Positions 51,191 through 59,277 of a stretch of DNA of 64,000 bases are shown here, piece after piece. This stretch comes from an uncultured Verrucomicrobiae bacterium (GTDB lineage: Bacteria; Verrucomicrobiota; Verrucomicrobiia; Chthoniobacterales; Terrimicrobiaceae). The position numbers and the translations under genes are program-made. Below the pieces are notes generated by a model. It was not told the origin of the DNA and searched no databases. It saw nothing but the letters and a program-made list of their open reading frames with translations. Within the stretch, counting starts at the first letter, position 1, and every line of letters starts with the position of its first letter. The stretch spans positions 1-64,000 of the forward strand of contig CAVPOC010000010.1 of NCBI GenBank assembly GCA_963706955.1, given 5' to 3'.

Positions 51191-54100
51191 TTAAGCCACG
51201 GAAGTAGGCTCAGGAACGGGCGCGGGCGCTTCTTCGTCCTTCTTCTTTCCGACGAAATATTTCTCAACGAAATAAAAGCACGCCGGAATGAGAAATATCG
51301 AGAGGAAGGTGGCGGCGAGCATGCCGCCGATGACGGTAGTTCCCAAGACTCGGCGGGAAACGGCTCCTGATCCCGTGGCAATCGCCAGCGGCACCGTGCC
51401 GAGAATAAACGCAAAGGCGGTCATCAGAATGGGGCGCAAACGCAGCTTTGCTCCCGCCAGCGTGGCATCAAAAAGCGGTTTACCCTTCTCATACTCATCT
51501 TTCGCGAATTCAACGATGAGAATGGCATTTTTGGCGGCCAGACCGATCAGCATCACTAAGCCAATTTGAGCATACAAGTTGTTTTGCATGCCTCGCGCAA
51601 GCAGGCCGGCAAAGGCCCCAAAGACGGCGATCGGAGTCGTTAGCAAAACACTAAAGGGGAGCGACCAGCTCTCGTACTGAGCAGCCAGAATCAGAAAGAC
51701 AAACAGCAGAGAAAGTCCGAAGATAGCGCTTGGTGGCACGCCCTTGGCGGCCTTTTGCTCCTGAAATGACATCCCCAGATAGTCGAAGCCCATGCCATTG
51801 GGCATCGTCTGGGCAAAAACTTCCTCCAGTGCCTTCATGGCTTGGCCGGTGCTGTAGCCCGGCACCACAGCCGCATTGATCTGCGAACAGCGATACATGT
51901 TATACCGCATCGTGAACTCGGGACCGAAGCTCCTCTTGGCGTTGACAAAGGAATTGATCGGGACGGAATCCCCACTCTTGTTAGTGACGTAGAAGAGACC
52001 GAGGTTATCGATGTCTGTGCGGTAGTTTCCATCCGCCTGGATATAGACCTGCCATTGCAGACCGAAGCGGTTAAAGTAATTGACGAAATAGCCTCCCAGG
52101 AACGTCTGCAACGTCTGGTAGGCATCGGTTAGACTGACCCCTTGGATCATGGCCTGCGCTTGATCGACACCGACATACACCTGCGGCACATCCCAGAGCG
52201 CCGTCGTGAAGACGTTCGTGAGCTCGGGACGCTTTTTCGCCTCCGCCATGAACTCTTGCGTATTCTTGGCGATGAATTCCACGCCGCTGCCCGAGCGATC
52301 CTCAAGGATGAAGGTCACGCCACCAGCCGTCCCCACGCCCGGAATCGCCGGCGGCGGGAAGGCAAACGAAGCTGTCGGCCTGGGGAGAGCAGCCAACTCG
52401 CGGTTGATGTGAGCCTGAATCGCATCGACTTGGAGTTCGGGCGTCTTGCGTTTGGACCATTCTTCCAGCGTAATGAAGTAGAATCCGGTGTAAGTGCTTT
52501 GGACGGAGCTCAGCAGATTGAATCCGACAATGGAGGTTACATACTGAACGCCGGGTGTCTTGAGGAGGATTTCCTCGATCTGACTCGAAACATCGTTGGT
52601 TTGCTGGAGAGACGAGGCGCGTGGAAGCTGGACAACCCCGAAAAGATAACCCTGATCCTCTTCCGGAATGAATCCGGAAGGCATCTTTGCGCCAATCCAG
52701 CCACCGGCAAGACCCAGGAGCAAGATGAGGAAAAGGCTGATGAAAACCTTGCGAATAAGCCCGGCGCACATGCTACCGTAGCCGTTGGTCGCCTTACCAA
52801 AAAGATTGTTAAAACCCCGAAAGAACGCCGCTAGCGGTCCTCTGCCCTCTTTCTTTGGCCGCAAGAGCATGGCGCCTAGCGCAGGGCTGAGAGTCAATGC
52901 ATTAAACGCCGAGATGATCACCGAGACGGCCATGGTCACGGCGAACTGCTGGTACATCGCACCGGTGATGCCCGGGATAAATATCGTAGGAATGAAAACG
53001 GCCGAGAGGATCAGCGCGATGGCGACGACAGGCCCCTGCACTTGCGACATGGCCTTGATCGCCGCATCGCGCGGAGACAGTCCATGCTCGATATGCAACT
53101 CGATCGCCTCGACGACGACAATGGCATCATCGACGACAAGCCCAATGGCCAGAACCAAGCCGAAGAGCGATAGCGTATTGATGGAAAACCCGAGCAGCGG
53201 AAAAATGGCGAATGTTCCGATCAAAGAGACCGGAACTGCGATCAACGGAATGAGGGTAGCCCGCCAGCCTTGCAAGAAGATGAAGACGACGAGAATAACC
53301 AGGGCCATCGCTTCGAAGAGCGTCTTGATGATTTCCTTCATGCCCTCGGTCACCGCCAGAGTCGTGTCCAGCGCCACAACGTAATCCAGGTCGGCCGGAA
53401 ACTGCTTCTTCATCTGCGCCATAAGGGCCCGCGCATTCTTCATGACATCCACCGCATTCGAGCCAGGGAGTTGGTAGACAGCCAAAATGGCGGAGTTCTT
53501 CCCGTTGAAACGCCCTTGAAGATTGTAAATCTGGGACCCCAGATCAACCCGTGCCACATCCTTCACGCGAACGATCGAACCGTCCGAATTTGCGCGGATG
53601 ACGATGTTCTCGAAGTCCTGCGGCGTCACCAGTCGCCCGGTGGTGTTAACGCTGAAGGTAAAGACCTGCCCCTGTGGAACCGGCTCACCGCCAATCTGGC
53701 CGGCGGGGTTGACGTTATTCTGAGCCTGGACTGCCCGAATGACCTCCGGGACGGTGATGTTCAGAGTCGCGAGCCGATCCGGCAGAACCCAGATGCGCAT
53801 GGCGTATTGACCCGCGCCATAAACGCTCACGCTGCCCATGCCCGGAATGCGGGTCATTGGGTCGTTAATGTTGATGTAGCAATAGTTCGCCAAAAAAGTC
53901 GGGTCATAACTCGCATTGGGCGAGTAGAGAACGAAGACTCCGAGCGGCGATGAGCCCGACTGGTCGACCGTGACGCCGTAGTTGCGCACGTCTTGCGGCA
54001 ACTGCGCAGATGCCTGGGTCTGTCGCATCTGCGCGAGAATTTGATCCGTAGTGGCCACCGTCGAGGTATCGAAAATGACGTTCAGCGTCATCATGCCATT

Positions 54101-54352
54101 ATTGGCATTAACGGAATACATGTACTCCATGCCCTCGACGCCGCTCATCTGCTGTTCGATGGGCGTGGCCACCGCCGCCTCCACAGTCAGGGCATCCGCC
54201 CCGACGTAGGTCGTCGAGACCTGGATCTGGGGAGGAACGATGTTCGGGAATTGCGAGATCGGAAGACCGGCCATCGAGACGAGGCCTACGATCACAATGA
54301 TGATGGCGATGACCATCGCCACGATCGGCCGGCGAATAAAGAAGTTCGACAT
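51191..54352 (-). CDS. RND efflux permease (HAE1/AcrB-like)
   Basis: FFIRRPI, VVDDAIVVVE, AAKNAILIVEF, RLRPILMT. Confidence 0.96.
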   Translation of the reverse strand: MSNFFIRRPIVAMVIAIIIVIVGLVSMAGLPISQFPNIVPPQIQVSTTYVGADALTVEAAVATPIEQQMSGVEGMEYMYSVNANNGMMTLNVIFDTSTVATTDQILAQMRQTQASAQLPQDVRNYGVTVDQSGSSPLGVFVLYSPNASYDPTFLANYCYININDPMTRIPGMGSVSVYGAGQYAMRIWVLPDRLATLNITVPEVIRAVQAQNNVNPAGQIGGEPVPQGQVFTFSVNTTGRLVTPQDFENIVIRANSDGSIVRVKDVARVDLGSQIYNLQGRFNGKNSAILAVYQLPGSNAVDVMKNARALMAQMKKQFPADLDYVVALDTTLAVTEGMKEIIKTLFEAMALVILVVFIFLQGWRATLIPLIAVPVSLIGTFAIFPLLGFSINTLSLFGLVLAIGLVVDDAIVVVEAIELHIEHGLSPRDAAIKAMSQVQGPVVAIALILSAVFIPTIFIPGITGAMYQQFAVTMAVSVIISAFNALTLSPALGAMLLRPKKEGRGPLAAFFRGFNNLFGKATNGYGSMCAGLIRKVFISLFLILLLGLAGGWIGAKMPSGFIPEEDQGYLFGVVQLPRASSLQQTNDVSSQIEEILLKTPGVQYVTSIVGFNLLSSVQSTYTGFYFITLEEWSKRKTPELQVDAIQAHINRELAALPRPTASFAFPPPAIPGVGTAGGVTFILEDRSGSGVEFIAKNTQEFMAEAKKRPELTNVFTTALWDVPQVYVGVDQAQAMIQGVSLTDAYQTLQTFLGGYFVNYFNRFGLQWQVYIQADGNYRTDIDNLGLFYVTNKSGDSVPINSFVNAKRSFGPEFTMRYNMYRCSQINAAVVPGYSTGQAMKALEEVFAQTMPNGMGFDYLGMSFQEQKAAKGVPPSAIFGLSLLFVFLILAAQYESWSLPFSVLLTTPIAVFGAFAGLLARGMQNNLYAQIGLVMLIGLAAKNAILIVEFAKDEYEKGKPLFDATLAGAKLRLRPILMTAFAFILGTVPLAIATGSGAVSRRVLGTTVIGGMLAATFLSIFLIPACFYFVEKYFVGKKKDEEAPAPVPEPTSVA

Positions 54353-54376
54353 GTGGACTCGCCTACTTGGCTCTGC

Positions 54377-55675
54377 CTAGTTGTAGAGACCCTTGTGCCA
54401 TAGGCCTCCGGCTAAACAGGCGGTCGGCACAACCACCGCTCGAACGTCGCCCGTCTTGACTTCCGGACTTGGCGTTGGACTCGGGCTCTCCTCGGGTTTT
54501 TCGGCGGCCGGGCTCGGCTTCGCCTCCGGGGCCGCGCCCTTATGCTCGGCGGGCGGAACATACGGCTCCGGATTCACCTTCATTCCGGGCCGCATTTTCT
54601 CGACGCCCCCGACGACCACTTTCTCTCCGACCTTCAGCGGTCCCGTGACGACCTGCAGCTGACCTTTGGTGGGACCGAGCTTCACAGGAACAGGCTTCAC
54701 GACGTTGTCCTCTCCGAGGACTATGACGAGGTAATTTCCCTGCAACTCGACCGTCGAGGCCTGGGGGACGACCAAGGCATCCTGCAGTTCGTCCACCGGG
54801 GCCGTGATCCGCGCGAAGAGGCCAGGCCGGAGAAGTTCGTCATCGTTGGGAAAAAGTGCCGTGATCTGGATCGTCCCTGTCGATGCGTTCACCTGTCGGT
54901 TCACAAAATCGAATCGACCCTTGTGGGAATAGACCGTCCCGTCGGCGAGCGTGAGTTCCAGCCGCGACTTGAGCTGGTCCTGTGGGGTGGCTTGCAGTCG
55001 TTGGATCAGCGCATAGGCTTGCAAATACTGTTCCTCGGTAATGGAAAAGTTCACCTTGATCGGATTGACTTGGGAAAGCTGGGTGAGAACAGTTGCAGTT
55101 CCGGCGGGGCCAACCAGATCGCCGATCTGCGCCTGCGCTACGCCCGCGATTCCGTCAAAGGGCGCCGTGATCGTGCAGTAGTTCAGATTGAGTTTGGCTG
55201 TGTCGACATTGGCTTGCGCTGCGGCCACCGAAGCCACCCCCGCCTGCGCATTTTCATAAGCAGTGTCATACTCCTGCTGACTGATCACTTTGGTGCGATA
55301 GAGTTGCGTTTGGCGATCGAGGGTTATTTGCGCGAGTTGGGCTGCGGCTACTGCCTTGGCGTAATCGGCCTGGGCTTGCGCAAGCGCAGCTTCAAACGGC
55401 CTCTTGTCGATCGTGAAAAGGACATCGCCCTTCTTTACCAGCGAACCTTCCTTGTAATCCTGAGTGGTAAGATAACCGGTCACCTGCGCACGGATGTCGG
55501 CGTTTCGATAACCATTGAGAAGGCCGACCCACGTATTCATCACCATCACGTCCTCCTGGCCGACCGGCGTGACCGTCACCGTCGGCGGCGGTGCGACCGG
55601 CGCAGTAGCCTTCTTTTCACAACCAATCAAAATGGCAACAACCAGCCCCGACAGCAGGGCGAGGACGCGGTTCAT
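54377..55675 (-). CDS. RND periplasmic adaptor (MFP), lipoprotein
   Basis: LIGC lipobox, ITAPFDG, LRPGLFA; Pro-rich tail; last ~22 aa read through a REP. Confidence 0.93.
   Translation of the reverse strand: MNRVLALLSGLVVAILIGCEKKATAPVAPPPTVTVTPVGQEDVMVMNTWVGLLNGYRNADIRAQVTGYLTTQDYKEGSLVKKGDVLFTIDKRPFEAALAQAQADYAKAVAAAQLAQITLDRQTQLYRTKVISQQEYDTAYENAQAGVASVAAAQANVDTAKLNLNYCTITAPFDGIAGVAQAQIGDLVGPAGTATVLTQLSQVNPIKVNFSITEEQYLQAYALIQRLQATPQDQLKSRLELTLADGTVYSHKGRFDFVNRQVNASTGTIQITALFPNDDELLRPGLFARITAPVDELQDALVVPQASTVELQGNYLVIVLGEDNVVKPVPVKLGPTKGQLQVVTGPLKVGEKVVVGGVEKMRPGMKVNPEPYVPPAEHKGAAPEAKPSPAAEKPEESPSPTPSPEVKTGDVRAVVVPTACLAGGLWHKGLYN
54382..54444. repeat. Degenerate family-B REP doublet inside the MFP 3' end
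   Basis: TGTAGAGACCCTTGTGCCA... resembles the reverse complement of 43985..44003; second arm AGGCGGTCGGCACAACC. Confidence 0.6.
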
Positions 55676-55747
55676 AAGTCGCTTCGTATTCGGGTGAGGG
55701 AACAATGTCAATGGCCTGAAAAGGCCACCTGCTGCAACCATTCTAAT

Positions 55748-57138
55748 TTAAACGAACTTGCCGGGATTCAACAACCTTTTGGGATCGAGGGCGTCTTTGA
55801 TTGTTTGATGAAGAGCGCGATTCTCTTCTGAAAGGGCGAGATCCCACCAGCGCATCTTCGCGAGGCCAACACCGTGCTCGCCGGTGATCGCTCCACCCCA
55901 GGCGATAACCTTAGCAAAGAGTTCGTCCAGGGCAGACTCCGCCCGCGCGTGAATCTCTGGTTCATCATCGTCAGGAACCATGATGTTCACGTGAATATTT
56001 CCATCGCCGGCGTGACCAAAGCAGGCGATCGGAAAACCGCTCCGCGCCTGCAATTCTCGCGCAAAGTCAACTAAATCTACCAGCCGCCCGCGAGGAACGA
56101 CGACATCTTCATTTAGTTTCTTGAGCCCGGTAGCTCTTAAGGACTCTGAAAAAGCACGCCGCAACTTCCACAGCCTGGCGCAGGACCTTTCATCTGTTGC
56201 CCTCTCGATTGCCGTAGCCTTCTCTGCACGCAGCAATCTCGCAATCGAACGCGCTTCCGCGTGAACACTTTCGCGCTGTCCATCCACCTCAATGAGCAAG
56301 TGCGCATCTCCGGGTGGGAATGAATTGCCGGGGCGAAATCGCCGAGCGGCCTCGAGGGTAAAACGATCCGCGATCTCCACGGCAGCCGGAAGGAACCCGG
56401 CAGCGAACATCGCTCGAATTGCCTTCGAGGCTGCGCGCATGTCGCGAAAACCGGCCGAGAGCACAGCGCGCGCAGGCGGAAAGGGCAACAAGCGCAGGGT
56501 TGCCTCACTGACAATTCCCAATAATCCTTCCGAACCGACGAAGAGACCGACGAGATCAAAGCCGGTTTTGTTTTTGTGGGTGCGCCCGCCACACCTCACG
56601 ATGGCACCGTTAGCTAAGACGACTTCCAGGCCGAGCACATAGTGGCGAGTCACGCCGTACTTCAAGCATCGGGGACCGCCCGCGTTTGTCGCGATGTTTC
56701 CGCCGATGCTGCAATGTTTAAGACTCGCCGGATCGGGCGGATAAAAAAGCCCCTTGCGACGCGCAGCGGACTGAAGCTCCGCGGTGATGACTCCAGGTTC
56801 GACGACCGCGACAAAGTCGGCACTGTCGATTTCCTTGATGCGATTCATGCGCTGCGTGCCAAGAACAACACCGCCGCTTACGGGAACGCATCCGCCCACG
56901 TAGCCATATCCGGAGCCTCGCGTTGTCACTGGCAGGTTCTTCTGAGAGCAACCCTCATCACCTCCGCTATGTCGGCGCTGGTCCGCGGGAAGACCGCCAA
57001 ATCGGGCTGACGATGCGCAAACCATTTGTCTCCGCCAAGCTCCACCAGACGCGCTGCGTCGGTCACGACAGCTTGGTCTCCCAACTTGCGTCGTAGCTCT
57101 CGTGCGGCTGCCGCTGCCGGAGTTTTCGTTCTGTCCAT
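55748..57138 (-). CDS. FAD-linked oxidase (GlcD/D-2-hydroxyacid dehydrogenase family), frameshift near 56945
   Basis: YPPDPAS, GGNIATNAGG, GSEGLLG, GHAGDGNIH, GEHGVG, LNPGK. Confidence 0.9.
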
Positions 57139-57235
57139 TCTTAAAAATGATGTCGGAACGGCCCCGCATTCAAGGGAGATTCCGCGAAAGAGTGAAACTC
57201 GCTACGCCGCGACACCCACCCCACGAATCGACGAC

Positions 57236-57541
57236 TTAGTAGTGCCCGATGATGGCAAATGCGTAGGTCGCAAAAATAAATGTTGTCAGTGCGATCCCCA
57301 CCGGAATGGCGAATTTGGAGGCCACGAAACCGCGTTCAATTTTCAGCGAAGCATAGCCGTATGCGCTCCAGAAAATCGGAATGAGCAAGAGCCAAACGCT
57401 GTTCTGCATCAAGAACAACGACAGCCGAGGATAATCCGTCATCGACCCGATGGGATACCCGGACGCCTTAAGCAAAATGGTCACGCCCATCGAACCAAGA
57501 GCCAGGAACACAAATTGGGTCAGGGCAATTATTTGAAGCAT
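57236..57541 (-). CDS. Hypothetical 3-TM membrane protein
   Basis: About 101 aa with three hydrophobic segments; no family recognised. Confidence 0.55.
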   Translation of the reverse strand: MLQIIALTQFVFLALGSMGVTILLKASGYPIGSMTDYPRLSLFLMQNSVWLLLIPIFWSAYGYASLKIERGFVASKFAIPVGIALTTFIFATYAFAIIGHY

Positions 57542-57595
57542 CGGCCCAGCAGGATAGTGACTATCCAAAGCCGAAGACAATCTTGATTGTGGAAC

Positions 57596-57733
57596 TGTAG
57601 CGGTCGGGCTGCCCGCCTCCTCATCGTCGAAACCGACTGTCGCGGCATGTGCTCATCATCGCGAGGCGCTGCTGTAGCGGCGATGTCCTCATCGTCGCGG
57701 GTGCTTTTCCGGCGGTGGGACACCGCCGCTACA
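57596..57733. repeat. Family-A REP cluster downstream of the RAYT gene
   Basis: 57673..57697 TGTAGCGGCGATGTCCTCATCGTCG, inverted 57710..57733, and a degenerate copy at 57596. Confidence 0.85.
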
Positions 57734-57745
57734 AAATTTTGCGCT

Positions 57746-58225
57746 TCAAAAGCGTAACTCGTAGATCTCGCCTTGGAATGGCCATGCATCTGCTTCCGCG
57801 ACTAATCCGGCCCGCACAGGATTATCGCGAACATAGTTCCACTTCTCGGAATACGACTCTCCCGAACGCATCACATGATCAAAGAAGCCTTTTTGCCAAT
57901 GGGGAGACGAAACACCCATTTCATCGAGCACTCTCGTCAACGAGCGCTTCAATCCTTTCATCCAGATGGAAAGCGCATGAGGCACCTCGTGGGGAACCAC
58001 AATAAAAAGATGAAGATGATCGGGCATTAAGACGAATCGACCAACAAAGAATCCTCGCTCTAAGCCCTCGAAGCAGAACTCCTGAAATGCATCAAAGACT
58101 AATTTGTTTGCCAAAGCCGGCCTTCGACCCTCAACGCAAGCCGTAACGAAATAGACCGGCCGATCAGCAAAGACCCAATCCAATCGCTTGAGGCGCTGCT
58201 TCTGCTGTAGCGGCGGTGTCCCCAC
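57746..58225 (-). mobile_element. rayT: REP-associated tyrosine transposase (RAYT/TnpA-REP, HUH Y1 family); start uncertain
   Basis: YFVT, MPDHLH (HUH), WQKGFFDHVMR, YVRDNPVRAGLV; REPs on both sides. Confidence 0.92.
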
Positions 58226-58328
58226 CGTCGGTGCTCGCGATGTCCCCACCGCCGATCCTTTCGATTCTCTCACAATCGCTGCTTGTGCGAATTTTTGATC
58301 CCACGCCGGTGGGGACACCGGCGCTACA
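58206..58328. repeat. Family-A REP cluster upstream of and overlapping the RAYT gene
   Basis: 58206..58230 TGTAGCGGCGGTGTCCCCACCGTCG, tag-less copy 58237..58254, inverted 58304..58328. Confidence 0.9.
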
Positions 58329-58338
58329 GGGCGGCACG

Positions 58339-59115
58339 CTACATGCCCATGGCTTCGTAGCCGCCGTCCACGTAGATCACTTGACCGGTGATGGCCGCCG
58401 CGCCGGGGCTGGCGAGAAAGACGCCCGTGTGGCCGAGCTCATCCGGGTGGCAACTGCGTTTGAGCGGCGCATGCTCCTCATAATGCTTGAGCATCAGGCC
58501 AAATCCGGCGATTCCGCGCGCAGCCAACGTCTGCACTGGTCCTGCGCTGATGCAATTGACGCGGATTTTCTTTGGTCCAAGGTCGTAGGCGAGATAGCGG
58601 GTCGAAGCTTCGAGCGAAGCCTTGGCGACGCCCATGACATTGTAATGGGGGACGACTTTGACCGAACCATAGTAAGTCATCGCCACGATGCTTCCTCCCT
58701 CGGTCATCAATGGCGCCGCCCGCTGGGCGAGTGCCACGAGCGAGTACGCCGAGACGTCATGCGCAATCCTGAACGCTTCGCGCGAGGTGGAAACGAAATC
58801 GCCCTCCAGGGCCTCCTTGGGAGCATAAGCGACCGAATGGAGCATCAGTTCCAGCTTGGACGTATGCTCCCGAGCTTTGACGAAAAAAGCGTCAAGCTCA
58901 TCATCCTTGGTCACATCGCAGGGATACAGGGCGACGTCGCTGCCGAATTCGGCAACCAGCTCCTGAACGTTCTCCTTCAGCCGCTCTCCCTGGTAGTTGA
59001 AGATCAGCTTTGCGCCCGCTTTATGCCAGGCCTTGGCGATGGCCCAGGCAATGCTGCGCTTGTTGGCGACGCCGAAAACGACGCCCGTCATGCCGGAGAG
59101 AATGCCTTCACTCAT
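58339..59115 (-). CDS. fabI: Enoyl-ACP reductase
   Basis: GVANKRSIAW, YNVMGVAKASLE, ISAGPVQTLAA. Confidence 0.96.
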   Translation of the reverse strand: MSEGILSGMTGVVFGVANKRSIAWAIAKAWHKAGAKLIFNYQGERLKENVQELVAEFGSDVALYPCDVTKDDELDAFFVKAREHTSKLELMLHSVAYAPKEALEGDFVSTSREAFRIAHDVSAYSLVALAQRAAPLMTEGGSIVAMTYYGSVKVVPHYNVMGVAKASLEASTRYLAYDLGPKKIRVNCISAGPVQTLAARGIAGFGLMLKHYEEHAPLKRSCHPDELGHTGVFLASPGAAAITGQVIYVDGGYEAMGM

Positions 59116-59277
59116 GCCGACATGAAAAGGCCATCGCAGCCGGCATTGTCACGCAGAAAAGGATTCGTAGTGAAATGGTTCGAGGCTACGCCGCCCTCCA
59201 GCTCGACCGGGTCAGGTATTTTTCCGCTTCTTTCTGTTGCTTTTCGCAGCCTTTTCTCAGAATGATTCCGCCCCGCG

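Noticed and set aside
57596..58328. CRISPR array or IS200/IS605 element
   Set aside because: The repeats are inverted GTAG-tagged palindromes without regular spacers, and there is no cas or tnpB gene. The protein motifs are RAYT-type.
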